From NCBI RefSeq assembly GCF_006345805.1, contig NC_043011.1, positions 4,774,001 through 4,838,000 on the forward strand: 64,000 bases of DNA, written 5' to 3'. The notes under the pieces are model-generated. The model was not told the DNA's origin. It searched no databases and worked only from the letters and a program-made list of their open reading frames with translations. Source of the DNA: Octopus sinensis. Taxonomy: Eukaryota. Positions 35,787 to 49,799 of the stretch are shown one piece after another. A program made the translations under genes and the position numbers. Position 1 is the first letter of the stretch; every line of letters begins with the position of its first letter.

Positions 35787-36889
35787 TATGTATATGCATA
35801 TCTATGAAAAGATTTGAATCTATAAACGTAAATATAGATAGATATCTAAAGTAGCATTGGTGTATTGTTTGTGTTACTATGCGTATAATAGAGGAATTTG
35901 AATTTATTCTAGGCATACATACAAATATAAAGGCTTTCACATACACTTATGCATACATACTCACATACATCAGACGCTCTTACACTCTCTCTCACACACA
36001 CACATTCAAACACAGATACTCACACACGTAAACACGCATTGGCGGTAGGCTTTATATATCCTCACTAAGCAAATTAAACATTCAATTGTACGCTTGAATG
36101 CATTCATATCTCCATTTTTCGCTCAGTAATTCGTAAGAACCTTTAATGCGTTGTATGTGTGAGTCAAAATACATGTATGTATGTATTTGCCCATTTATAT
36201 ATGTGTGTGCGTAACCACACACACATACACATATATACACACACTCACGTACACACATACATACGTGAATCTATATGTGTGTGTGTGTGTGTTTGTGTAT
36301 AGATAACTGTTGACACACTAAGTAGCGGAAAACGCACATAAATATACACCCACCGACAAACGAAACGCCCTGCATACTACGCAAATACCTCCACACACAC
36401 GCACACACACATACACACACACACGCAAACAAACATGAATGAATACATCCACACATACGTCTGAATGTGTATTTGTGCATGTGGTTATGAAAGTATATGT
36501 GTATGTGTGTGTGTGTTTGTTTGTGTGCTTGCGTGTCAGTGTGTGTCTGTGTATGTGCGTGTGTATATATACATATATATTACATATATAATTAAAATTT
36601 ATATATAATATATATATATATGTATTATATTTCATATATATGTATACATAGGCATTGCTTATATGTGCTCGCATGTGTGCGAGTGCGTGCGTGGCTAAGT
36701 GGTAAGGATAAGTGGCTCAAGATAGTTAGGCCATGAGTTCGATACACGGCGGCACAGCTATTTCCCTACTCGATAAAGCTTAGCTGTACTAATTAATTTC
36801 CAATCTGTAGAATAGCTATTATTTTTGTCTTTAATAGATCAATTTGGTTTTAATTGACCAATTTAAAGACAAAAATAATATCTATATAG

Positions 36890-37300
36890 TCGCAGGAGTG
36901 GCTGTGTGGTAAGTAGCTTGCTTACCAACCACATGGTTCCGGGTTCAGTCCCACTGCGTGGCACCTTGGGCAAGTGTTCTCTACTATAGCCTCGGGCTGA
37001 CCACAGCCTTGTGAGTGTATTTGGAAGACGGAAACTGAAAGAAGCTCGTCGTATATATGTATATATATATATATGTGCGCATGTGTGTGTTTGTGTCTGT
37101 GTTTGTCCCCCCAACATCGCTTGACAACCGATGCTGGTGTGTTTACGTCACTGTAACTTAGCGGTTCGGTAGAAGAGACCGATAGAATAAGTACTAGGCT
37201 TACAAAGAATAAGTCCTGGGGTCGATTTGCTCGACTAAAGGCGATGCTCCAACATGGCCGCAGTCAAAGGACTGAAACAAGTATAAAAGTAAAGAGTAAG
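36890..37300 (+). mobile_element. SINE family A, full length
   Basis: Complete head, CORE-like block and tail. Confidence 0.9.
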
Positions 37301-37373
37301 GAGAGAGTATTCTATTGTTTGGGAACTAATTAGAACTGCCAAGCCTTATCGAATAAAGGGAAATATTGAACGA

Positions 37374-37455
37374 ACCCTGATGAAGCTTGCCCGCTTATAT
37401 TCCAAGATTTCATTTACAACTGTGAGTAGTCACGGTAGCAGAAACACGTGCAGGT
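37374..37455 (+). ncRNA. Degenerate type I hammerhead motif
   Basis: acc-CTGATGA-a-gct...agc-a-GAAA-c acgt g-CA-ggt; triplet GCA instead of GUH. Confidence 0.45.
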
Positions 37456-37684
37456 CATTATAATATACTGTATAATATTCACCCCAGACAATTATTACTC
37501 TCCAGCGAAGAGAAGACGGAATTACCCATCGGAAAAATCCACGGTGTAATTAACAACTGAATGTAGTCACAGACGTTAGATACTGATTGTTGTAGTTCAC
37601 CGTTAAGTGGAAGTTAACTGAAAACAGATATTGTATCCGCCCGGATAATGTATCTCTCCAAACTCACTCTTATATATACATACA

Positions 37685-37716
<32 letters not shown>

Positions 37717-38168
37717 ATACATATATATGTGTTTATATATAAACATATATATATATATATATATAAACATATGTATATACACACACATATATATACATGT
37801 AGATATGTATATAAATATAAACAAATATATATATATATATAGGAGAGGAAAAATTATAATAAGGCAGAATGCTAAATTGAAAGTAAATTCTAATAAAAGT
37901 GGGTGTATGGAAAATTAAAAAATAAAAAATAAAAAATCAAACCGGTTTTCATTGCAAGGCAAATTTTCAAGATTTGGAAGGGGAAAAGAAATTTTTTTTT
38001 TTAATTGAGGAAGGGGAATAAGAATTTTACAAGGTTTAAAAAAAATATAATAATACATATATAAAAAAATTAATAAATAAATATACCAATACATTGTATA
38101 GTCTTTATGATTTTAGAGTTCAATAATAGTCCTTGGAAAAACTTCTTTGGAGGATTAGGATCCATATG

Positions 38169-38200
<32 letters not shown>

Positions 38201-38203
<3 letters not shown>

Positions 38204-38784
38204 AAGAATTTACGGATTTTTTCTCTTACGAGGTTTTTCACGCTGACTACTGATAATTTCTTTTAAAGATTTTATCCTCAATTGTTAATTTATATTTTTC
38301 ACCGGAATAGTTCAATACTGAATTTTTATTCCGACTAGGCAATTTGTTACCGAAATGCATTGCGAAAAAGCCCGCCATTTTCATAGATATGTAAGGATAA
38401 ACATTCGTACATGCTACGACGAATTCTACGGTTGGCTATCGAGTTGTAATGTTATGTTTTTTCTTATATTTCTTGAGTTTGTTGCACTGACGAACATGAA
38501 ATGCATATTCTGCATTAAATGCGAAATCACATGTGATATGTAACTGAATTCTTTTTTAAAATGATGTGTTTTGAAGTTTTGCATTCGGTAAAATTTTGTT
38601 TATTTTTAGTAGTCTTGACCGCATTGGTCCCTCTTAGCGTGTTGGTATCTACGAATAGTAGTACCCTCAATATAATATAAATGAATATTTTCAAAGAGGA
38701 AGAATTTACGGATTTTTTCTCTTACGAGGTTTTCACGCTGACTACTGATAATTTCTTTTAAAGATTTTATCCTCAATTGTTAAT
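38201..38784 (+). mobile_element. Retrozyme/pLTR-like unit: 496-bp period, 88-89-bp direct terminal repeats, internal hammerhead
   Basis: 38201-38289 equals 38697-38784 apart from one T indel; (TA)n flanks; HHR at 38481-38544. Confidence 0.75.
38481..38544 (+). ncRNA. Type I hammerhead ribozyme
   Basis: GUUGCA-CUGACGA-ACAU..AAUGCA uauuc UGCAUU..AUGC-GAA-AUCACAUGUGAU-A-UGUAAC; 6-bp helix I, palindromic helix III, triplet AUA. Confidence 0.75.
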
Positions 38785-39190
38785 ATATATATATATAGGC
38801 GCAGGAGTGGCTGTGTGGTAAGTAGCTTGCTAAACAACCACATGGTTCCGGGTTCAGTCCCACTGCGTGGCATCTTGGGCAAGTGTCTTCTGCTATAGCC
38901 CCGGGCCGACCAATGCCTTGTGAGTGGATTTGGTAGACAGAAACTGAAAGAAGCCTGTCGTATATATGTATATATATATATGTATGTGTGTATGTTTGTG
39001 TGTCTGTGTTTGTCCCCCTAGCATTGCTGGTGTGTTTACGTCCCCGTCACTTAGCGGTTCGGCAAAAGAGACCGATAGAATAAGTACTGGGCTTACAAAG
39101 AATAAGTCCCGGGGTCGATTTGCTCGACTAAAGGCAGTGCTCCAGCATGGCCGCAGTCAAATGACTGAAACAAGTAAAAGAGTAAAAGAG
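38778..39190 (+). mobile_element. SINE family A, full length
   Basis: Complete copy. Confidence 0.9.
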
Positions 39191-39207
39191 CAAAAGAGTA
39201 TATATAA

Positions 39208-39244
<37 letters not shown>

Positions 39245-39288
39245 CAAAAATACACACATACATATAGTAGAAGGATAAAAAGAAAGTA

Positions 39289-39470
39289 TATAGACGCAGG
39301 AGTGGCTGTGTTGTAAGTAGCTTGTTTACCAACCACATAGTTCCGGGTTCAGTCCCACTGCGTGGCACCTTGGGCAAGTGTCTTCTACTATAGCCTCGGG
39401 CCGACCAAAGCCTTGTGAGTGGATTTGGGAGGCGGAAACTGAAAGAAGCCCGTCGTATATATGTGTGTGT

Positions 39471-39503
<33 letters not shown>

Positions 39504-39670
39504 GACGGGCTTCTTTCAGTTTCCGCCTCCCAAATCCACTCACAAGGCTTTGGTCGGCCCGAGGCTATAGTAGAAGACACCTGCCCAAGGTGCCACGCAG
39601 TGGGACTGAACCCGGAACCATGTGGTTGGTAAACAAGCTACTTACAACACAGCCACTCTTGCGTCTATAT
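39289..39670. repeat. Inverted pair of SINE family A 5' halves around (TA)n
   Basis: 39289-39460 is the reverse complement of ~39500-39670 with about 3 substitutions. Confidence 0.9.
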
Positions 39671-40797
39671 ATATATATATATATATTTGGAGAGAAGATT
39701 CTTTTCTCAAAGAGTTAAGACTGAGAAAAGAACCTTTTTAGAAAGTCTATCCGAAACTAAACCTGAAATAGTCAACAGCAATTTTACTGAAAACAACTTT
39801 CACTATATATAATAACGCTTGTTTGAAAACGTTAAGAACTGAAAGCTCTTGCACATCTATAAAAGCAAAGCCTACACACATTTTGTGAAATCTCTTCCCA
39901 AAGGTTAGTGTCTTTCAACTTTCTAAAAAGATGAGCATTATTTGTAATTCAATGGTAGAACAGTGTAAGATTTTGCTTTGAGATATACTTAGATCGTGAT
40001 TTCTTCAATGTGGTGCATAAATTGTCAAGTAAATGAGAGACATCTTTGCTTCCACTTCTTCAGTTGTAAAGTGTTGAGTAAAGTTACTTGGTTGCAGACC
40101 TCCTTTCAGTCTTTTTATTATCATTAGGTCACACAGACTCCCCAGATGGTAACATTGATTTCAAGGCCTTCCAAGATGAGTGACTGGTTATTTAAAGACA
40201 TTTATAGATTGTAAATTTATTCTGTCCAGTTATGTATCAGTATAATGATCATTTGCAAACTCCAGAGGTGACACTTTCATTTCTCCTTAGCTCTCACGTC
40301 ATACAGTTGTTAATGTTTATTTCAGTTGGGTCACGCCCTTCCAATTGCTATAGATCCGTAATGCATCTTACGGCTGTGCCTGTCACCTGTATGGTGAGGA
40401 ATCCTACATTGGGAGTGGTAACGACTAGGGTGGGGTAACTGACTGCTTATTGTGATCATTCGTCTTTTGGTTTCCTGTAGCTTTGCTCGCTTTTACAAAC
40501 CCAGTGAACATACATATATTTCAAACAATAGATATAAGACCTAAGTTAAAAAGATTCTCAACAATTCAACTTCTCTGGTTGACATCAAGACGCCCACCCT
40601 TAACTCTCACATTTTAGAGCTCCATGACCTCCATTTTCAGGAGCACAATCCTTTTAACAGGTTCTGTAAGACTGGGATTTTGGAATTTGCGCATAAAAAT
40701 CAGTAGTATGGGATACGTGTATCATGATTACAGTTTTTTAGGGTGTGTAAAGAGGGAAATAACCCTCATCTGCAATTTTGATGAAATTCGAATCATA

Positions 40798-41205
40798 GGC
40801 GCAGAAGTGGCTGTGTGGTAAGTAGCTTGCTTACCAACCACATGGTTCCGGGTTCAGTCCCACTGCGTGGCATCTTGGGCAAGTGTCTTCTGCTATAGCC
40901 CCGGGCTGACCAATGCTTTGTGAGTGGATTTGGTAGACGGAAACTGAAAGAAGCCTGTCGTATATATGTTTATGTATATATGTGCGTATGTGTGTGTTTG
41001 TGTCTGCGTTTGTCCCCCCAACATCGCTTGACAACCGATGCTGGTGTGTTTACGCACCCGTCACTTAACGGTTCGGCAGAAGAGACCGAGAGAATAAGTA
41101 CTGGGCTTACAAAGAATAAGTCTCGGGGTCGATTTGCTCGACTAAAGGCGGTGCTCCAGCATGGCCGCAGTCAAATGACTGAAACAAGTAAAGGAGTAAA
41201 AGAGT
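40798..41205 (+). mobile_element. SINE family A, full length
   Basis: Complete copy. Confidence 0.9.
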
Positions 41206-41301
41206 AATAGGTATTCCAGTTCATTTGAGACAATATAATAGAAAAGTCTAATTCTTCAGTTGCATGTAACATGGGCAACGCCGGGTATCTCTACAAGTGT
41301 G

Positions 41302-41338
<37 letters not shown>

Positions 41339-42018
41339 CTTTTCTGGATTTCTTATTATGTAAGTTCATGTGTCTGGAGAGAGTTATTCTCATTTGGTGC
41401 CTTATAATTTAACTCAGAGTCAACAACTATTGAAAAGGTTGCAAGACGCAACGAAAATTTTAGAAAAATAAATAAGTAAATGAATGGAAATTTTGCTAAA
41501 AAGGAGAAAGACTCTCCCCAGACACAACACTATATACATCTATATATGACTTGTGTGTATAGAGCTGAGATGTCTTCCTGTTAATAAGTGTGCGGCTGAT
41601 CACGCAACTGGTTTGTGACTTATGAGACACTATTCATAACAGAAACATTTAATGAGTGGGCGGTCATTAAATAAAAGAAAATAGGTCAACTGGGAAATAA
41701 CAGAAAACTATTAATGTCAAGGTTGTTAAATTATAAATCATAACCTGCAACAAATATGTTCTAAGGAAAGAATTGATACGTCAGGTATCAACTGTAGCGA
41801 CTTGTTCTTCCAGTTATATTATATATGCACATATACGCATAAATATGTATATATTTGCACACACACTATATATATGCATATATGAGTACAGGACGTCACA
41901 AACAGTAAACAACATGAGTTGAATACACAAACAACGAGAGAAACAAATGGAAAATAGGACAAGCAACCTAAAGAATGACACTTCATCAGTTGTCGGCTGC
42001 CTATCTACTTAATCCTCA

Positions 42019-42066
<48 letters not shown>

Positions 42067-42245
42067 GTGTGTGTGTGTGTATATATGCATATATATATAT
42101 ATATAATATATATATATATATATTATATATATATATATATACATACTATATATATATATGCGTATATATATACATATATCTTATTTATATTACTATTTGA
42201 TTGAACGTACATATATATATATATATGTATATATGTATACATATA

Positions 42246-42311
<66 letters not shown>

Positions 42312-43177
42312 GCATATATAAATGTATGTGTGTCATTGTGTCCAGTGGTCCTCCACCACCGTTTGATAACCGGTGTTGTGTTTACGTCCCCGTAACTAGC
42401 GCTTCGGCAAAAAAGACTGATAGAGTAAGTACGTGGCTTTAATTGTGGAAAGTAGTGGTCCGTGTTAGCTTAACTTCTCTTCTTCAACTTATCTAACATG
42501 AGAGCTCAACCACTTACATAACTTTCAGGGTCATTGAAACACGCAAAATACGGAACAAGGATCGGATCTTGTGGTGGATTAAAGCGAGATTAGAATGAAA
42601 TTGCCAACTTCATTGTTGTAACTTTGAATTATATTGTTTGGTAAGCATCAAATTTCAATTCGATGTTAGATCTTTTATCTTTTACTTGGTTTAGTCATCA
42701 GACTGCGGACATGCTGGGGTACTCCTTTGAAGAACGAATCGCCCCCAGTACTAATTCAATCTGTCCTTTTGCCGAACCGCTAAGTTGCAGAGGTGCAAAC
42801 ACACCAACACCAGTCATCAAGCAGTAAAAAGAGGCACACACACACACACATACATGCTCGTATTAATTTAGATTAACAAAGTTTCCATAATGGGACTTCG
42901 CTTTCGTTCGTTCGGTCGGCCGTTCGATAGGTCGGTCGGTCGGTTGGTCGGTCGGTCGATCGCACACAGACGATTCGAACTTAAAAGGATGCTCGAACAT
43001 GAAAGCAGCTCCGTGAGTAACTCTGTTTCGCAGTGAGACAGAGCGAGGGAAAAGAGACGGAGAGAAGGAGAGAGAGAGAGAGAGAGAGAGAGGCAGAGGA
43101 AAAGAGTGGGTGGGAGAGAGAGGGAGAGAGAAAGACAAAAAGAGGGCAGAAAAGTGGCGGAAGAAAAAGGTTTCGGT

Positions 43178-43590
43178 AGAGGCGGCGAGCTGGCAGAATC
43201 GTTAAAACACCGGGCGCAATGCTTAGCGGTATTTCGTCTGTCGTTACATTCTGAGTTCAAATTCCGCCGAGGTCAACTTTGCCTTTCATCCTTTCGGGGT
43301 CGATTAAATAAGTACCAGTTACGCACTGGGGGCGATATAATCGACTCAATCGCTTTGTCTGTCCTTGTTTGTTCCCTCTGTGTTTAGCCCCCTTGTGGGT
43401 AGTAAAGAAATAGGTATTTCGTCTGTCGTTACGTTCTGAGTTCAAATTCCGCCGAGGTCAACTTTGCCTTTCATCCTTTCGGGGTCGATAAATAAAGTAC
43501 CAGTTTCGCACTGGGGGCGAGATAATCGACTCAATCGCTTCGTCTGTCCTTGTTTGTCCCCCGTCAGTATTTAGCTCTATCTGGGCAGTA
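43178..43590 (+). mobile_element. SINE family B dimer
   Basis: Full unit followed by a 5'-truncated unit; junction aaagaaata|ggtatttcgtctg. Confidence 0.85.
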
Positions 43591-44049
43591 AAAAAAAAAT
43601 GTCTTAGCGTCAACAATTCCCAGCTTGTTTCATGAATATATTTGCAGAAGTCTAAGTAGACAGACGGAAGCGTATGTGTTGACATCTGAGGAATGTCTTC
43701 CATGCCTTGCTGACAAGTTGCTATGGCATTGAACAGAAAAAAGCCGTTCTTGTGTTCTTCTGACTTTTCTTCCTGGCGCGTCCGTAGAGTTGTGGTGAGA
43801 GGATTAGAAGGTGGGTGTGAGGTGAACATATTTTTCAACATCCGATATAAGGAGTGTATGTGGGAGAGAGAGGGCGAGGGAGGGAGGGAGGGAGATGGAC
43901 AGATAGACACACAGACAGACAGATGCGGGATACTAGTCTTCTGGTGATTATCACTCCCTCACTCTCCTCACGCTTTCTTCTTCTCTTTCTCTCTTTCCCT
44001 CTCTCTCTCTCTCTTCCGCACCCACACTGAGAAACATAATCAAACATGC

Positions 44050-44646
44050 GTATATTCATGCTTACACACACACACACACATATATACATACATACATGCA
44101 TATATGCATGCATACATACATTCATACATACATACTTACATACATACTTCCATACATACATACATACTTACATACATACATACACACATATATTCATACA
44201 TACCTACATGCTTGCATGCATACATACGTACGTACATACATGTATACATACATACATGCATACATATACATACATACATACATACATACATACATACATA
44301 CATACATACATACATACACACATATATTCATACATACCTACATGCTTGCATGCATACATATATACACACACACATGCATGCATGCATACATACATACATA
44401 CGCACGTACATACATACATACATGCATATATACATACATGCATACATACATACACACATACATTCATACATACTTACGTACGTACATACATACAAACATT
44501 CATACATACATACATACATACATACATACATACATACATACATACATACATGCTTGCATGCATACATACATACATACATTCATACATACATACATACATA
44601 CATTCATACATACATACATACATACATTCATATATACATGCATACA

Positions 44647-44678
<32 letters not shown>

Positions 44679-44680
44679 GA
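44050..44680. repeat. (CATA)n microsatellite
   Basis: Direct reading. Confidence 0.95.
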
Positions 44681-45013
44681 CAGACAGACAGATAGATAGA
44701 TATGTGTATGTATCTGTATGTGTCTGTATATGCCTGTATATATATATACATGCACAGATATGGACACTGACATTTCTGTAAGCAAACAAGACAGTACTCC
44801 ATGTATGGTGTATAGTTTCAATATATAAGGAATCGGTGAATAGTTGGTTCTCTTGCTACTCACAGGTTCGTGCCGCACGCTTTCAATTCGGAAGCATTTA
44901 CATAATTGCTTAATTGATTACCAAAAAAGTCAATCATCGACTCACTCCCAATGTTTCTCTCTCCCTCTCTATCCTCTATCCCTCTCTAACCCGCCCCTCT
45001 CTCTTTCTCTCTT

Positions 45014-45051
<38 letters not shown>

Positions 45052-45246
45052 CATATGCATATATATGCATATATATGTACATATGTATATATATATATAT
45101 GTGTGTGTGTATACATAGAACCATACACACAAATACACATACACACACATTACGGTTCATTAATATCAAATACTATAAGTGTTCCAACATATACATATAT
45201 TTGTGAGAGTCTGTGCGAGTCTGTGTAGGTATGTATGCGCGTGTAA

Positions 45247-47031
45247 CCGGCGGACAAAGGCGGGGCAGTGGTAGTGTGGCGCGCGGACCTATACAGGGAG
45301 GAAGCGCTCAACCAGCTTCAAAATCCACTCTTCTATCGCCTCCTCCCCTCCGATCCCACCTCCTCCTACCAACAGCGAGTGTCCTCCACCATCCACGACC
45401 TCATCTCCTCCTCCGCTCTCCCCCTCACACCGCCACCAACCTCATCGTCCGCACACCCCGCACCTCCACCATCTACTTCCTTCCCAAGATCCATAAACCC
45501 TCTAATCCTGGCCGTCCCATAGTCTCTGCCTGTAATTGCCCCACTGAACTCATCTCCCTATACCTCGACGCATCCTGTCCCCCTAGTCGCAGCCCTCCCA
45601 TCCCACATACACGACACCAACCACGCCCTCCGTCTCTTCAATTCCTTTTCCTTCCCTTCCAGCCCCTCACACCTCCTCTTCACTTTAGATGTAAAATCCC
45701 TGTACACAGTGATTCCCCACAATGACGGTCTCCTAGCCCTCCAACACTTCCTCGACCGTCGTCCCGACCCCACCCCCAGCACCCCCAGCCTTCTCCGTTT
45801 GGCTGAGCTCGTCCTCACCCTCAATTGCTTCACGTTCGCGGGGGAAACGTACCAACAGGTGTCCGGGGTCGCGATGGGAACTAGGATGGGCCCCAATTTC
45901 GCCAATCTCTTTCTTGGCTACATTGAGGCCCAAGTGTTCTCCCAGTTCTCTGGGCCGACCCCCGAACTATACGGTCGCTATATCGACGACTGCGTAGGTG
46001 CCACCTCCCTTTCCCGTGAACTTCTCTGCCAATTCATCTCTTTCCTTTCCAACTTTCACCCCTCTCTTCAATTCACCTCCACCATCTCCAACACCTCTGT
46101 CAACTTCCTTGACATCTCTCTCCGCATCGATCACCCCTCCAGCTCTCTCACCACCACCGCCTTTTTTAAACCTACGGATTCCCACCTCTATCTCAACTTC
46201 TCTTCCTCCCACCCCTTCCACACCAAACGAGCCATCCCCTACTCCCAGTTCCTCCGCCTCCGACGTTTGTGCAGCCGCGACCAGGATTTCGAGACCCAAT
46301 CTCAATACCTGGCCCGCATGTTCAGACTCCGAGGTTACCCACCCATACTCCTCTCTGATGCCCTCACCCGCGCCCGTCGCATCGACCGCACTACCGCCCT
46401 GTCTCCTTAAACCCAACCGCACCCCCTTCCCCCTCCTTTTCCACCCCTCTACCCTACCCCTTCGTCGCAAGATACTACGTGCCTTCCGTCGCCTCCAGCT
46501 TGATCCCACCACCCGCCCCATTTTCCCTAACCTACCCCTGTCCTCTTTCAAACGAGCCCGCAATCTGCGTGACCTCCTGGTCCACAGCACCCTCTCTCCT
46601 TCCCCCTCAGCCCCACACGGATCATTCCCTTGCTCTAGATCCCGCTGCAACACTTGCCCCTTCATCACCAACACCACCGCTGTCACCGGCTCCAACCTGC
46701 ACACTGTACGCATTAGGCACTCTTTTACGTGCACCTCGTCTGGCCTTATTTACTGCATTAAATGCAACCTATGCGGGATGCTGTATGTAGGACAGACGGG
46801 ACGCCGGTGTCCGACCGTTTCACTGAACACTTGAGGGACGTTCGCCTACACTCTCTTTCTCCCGTCGCACGCCACTTCCGCTCGGCCGGCCATTCCCTAG
46901 ATGACATCTCAGTGTTTGGTCTCGCCCCCCACCATGGTCGCCCACTTTCCAGGCTCCACTTGGAGCAACGCTACATCTTCACCCTACAAACTACCACCCC
47001 ACACGGACTTAACACAGCCCCCTCCTCTTGA
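45247..47031 (+). pseudogene. Neptune-like PLE RT + GIY-YIG, 5'-truncated, frameshifted
   Basis: ADKGGAVVVW, YFLPKIHK...GRPIVS, DVKSLYTVIPH, GVAMGTRMGPNFANLF, GRYIDDC, NFLDI, PCSRSRCNTCP, LIYCIKCNLCGMLYVGQTG, HGLN. Confidence 0.9.
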
Positions 47032-47049
47032 GATCCGTTTTTTTTTTTT

Positions 47050-49720
47050 TTGTGGACACACCACCACAACCCACCCCCACCTACCTCCCACACGCACCCA
47101 CCCACCCACCACACCTACCTCCCACACCACCCACCCACCTACCTCCCACACGCCTGTTCACACACACACATACGTAGACCCATCTACGTACATACATTCA
47201 CACATTTAATCACACACACTTACAGACATACTAACACACACTAACATACAAACCAACATGCACATACACACACATACATACATACGCACACACATACATA
47301 CTTACACACACACACACACACACAGACATACATACACACATACACACACACATACATACGCACATACATACACACACACTCACACACACACACCGCACGT
47401 ACATACTTCACACACACACATGCAAACATACATGTAGGCACATACATACATACATACCTACACATGCACACCCTTACACTGAATGCACACACACATACAC
47501 CTTTTTGCATCCAGGCAGCCCCCCCTCTTTTCTGCTTTCCGGTTTTGGCTGATGGATCCTTGCGTTGTACTGCTTGTGCGTTGTGTGCGTGAGCGCGCTT
47601 CGTGTGTGTGGGCTTGCTTCGGATGTGCGCGTGCGTATGTATGCATACATACCCACACACTCGCATGCATCCCTACCCACATACATACACGCACACCTAC
47701 TCACACACACACATACACACACATACCTGCACACACACACACACACATACATACATACACATACATACCTACTTCAGACATACACACACACAGACATACA
47801 CCCATACACTCACACTCACACGCATACACACACACACATACACACGCACACGTACACATACACACACACACACACCTACATACATACATTACACTTGTAT
47901 ACACACACACTTACATTCATACACACACACACCTACACAGCCATACCCTCACTCAGACACACACATCTACCTACACACACACACAACACACACGGACACA
48001 CACCCATACATACATACCTACACACACACGCCTACACACATACATACACACATACATAACACACACACACACATACACATATACACACATACGCACACAC
48101 ACATATACTTATACACATGCACCCACAACACATACATACATACACCCATATACATACACACACACATACCCACATACCTATACGCACATACATACACACA
48201 GACATACACACATACACACTCACACAAACATACACACACACATACTTACACACACACTCACCTGCACGCGCACACACATGCATGACAAACACCCATACAC
48301 TCACACTCACATACGCACACACCAACATAAACACGCACACGCACACGCACACACACACCTACACTCCCACACACATACACACGCACCTACATACACACAC
48401 GCACGCATACACACGCATACACACATACATTACACACGTACACACACACCTACATACACATGCATACACACACACAAACATGCACGGACACACCCAGACA
48501 TACACACATACACCTATATACACACGCCCACACACCTACATACACACACATATACACACGCCCACACACCTACATACACACACATACATACACACACATA
48601 CACGGACACACCCATACATACTTACATACATACACCTATACACACACGCCTACACACCTACATACACACACATGCATACACACACACACACATGTACGCA
48701 CATACACACACATATACGCACATACATATATACCCACACACATGCCACACACACACACATACGCATGCATGCATGCATGCATGCACACGCGCACACCTAC
48801 ACGCATACACACACACACACGCACGTACACATACATACATACACACACGCATACATACACCCATACACATACATGCATCCTACACACACATACATACACA
48901 CTCACACATACATACACACACACACACTCACTCACACACCTGTATGTACGCGCACACACATGCACATACACACACTTCCCCACACCCACACGTACATACA
49001 TACACACTCACACACATACACACACACACACACACACGGACATACATCTATGCACACACATACATACACACATACTCACATACATTCATCGGACACACTG
49101 CCACCCGGACATACACACAGACACACTCACACATCCACACACATACATACTTACGCACATACTCGCAGGCGCGCGCACGCACGCGCCGTTGCGCCGGTTC
49201 GCGCACGCATACGCGCCGGCACCTCGCTCTTGGACCGACGAGACCTCCCGCCCGTTCCTGGGACCGTCGCGTGTCGTTGGGTTTTCCCACGCCCGTCTCC
49301 GCGGGACCACTCTTCCATCTTCCCCTCAGCTGGAGTCCTTTTTCCTTAACCCCCCCTTTTTCGTTACACACACGCGCACACATATACACACATTGCTTAA
49401 TATATACATTACTCTTACACACATTCAATCTACTCGCCATTAATACCACCACGACACTGGACACACACACACACTACTACTCAACACACGCTGGCACGCT
49501 ACATACGCCCCCACCCCTTCCCCTCCCTCCCTTCCTCCTTCCTTCTTTTTCTTACTACTGACCTTGTCTGCTAAGCTGACCACTAGTCTCGCCCTACCTC
49601 ACACGCCTACACACAGACGCACACACTAACACACACATATATTTTTGTGTTTTTTCATCTCGCCTCACACACACACATACACACACGCACACGCACACAC
49701 TCACACATACACACACATCT
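47050..49720 (+). repeat. Long imperfect CA/CATA-rich low-complexity tract, probable PLE 3' tail
   Basis: Strand-biased C/A-rich sequence continuing the C-rich ORF; source of the 692-aa HT-repeat ORF. Confidence 0.7.
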
Positions 49721-49799
49721 GTTGCGTTACCAACCTTATCTCCACTCTTTTGCCTTTAAAAACCCACTTTGCTCTGTTTTCGTAAACATCCGCCTTTCA

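Noticed and set aside
39740-40260. Possible decayed transposase on the minus strand (…IKRLKGGLQPS…)
   Set aside because: Only a vague RGGL..PS resemblance to P-element-like proteins, with many stops.
47490-47640. CTGATGG motif as a hammerhead
   Set aside because: Core mismatch and no GAAA partner.
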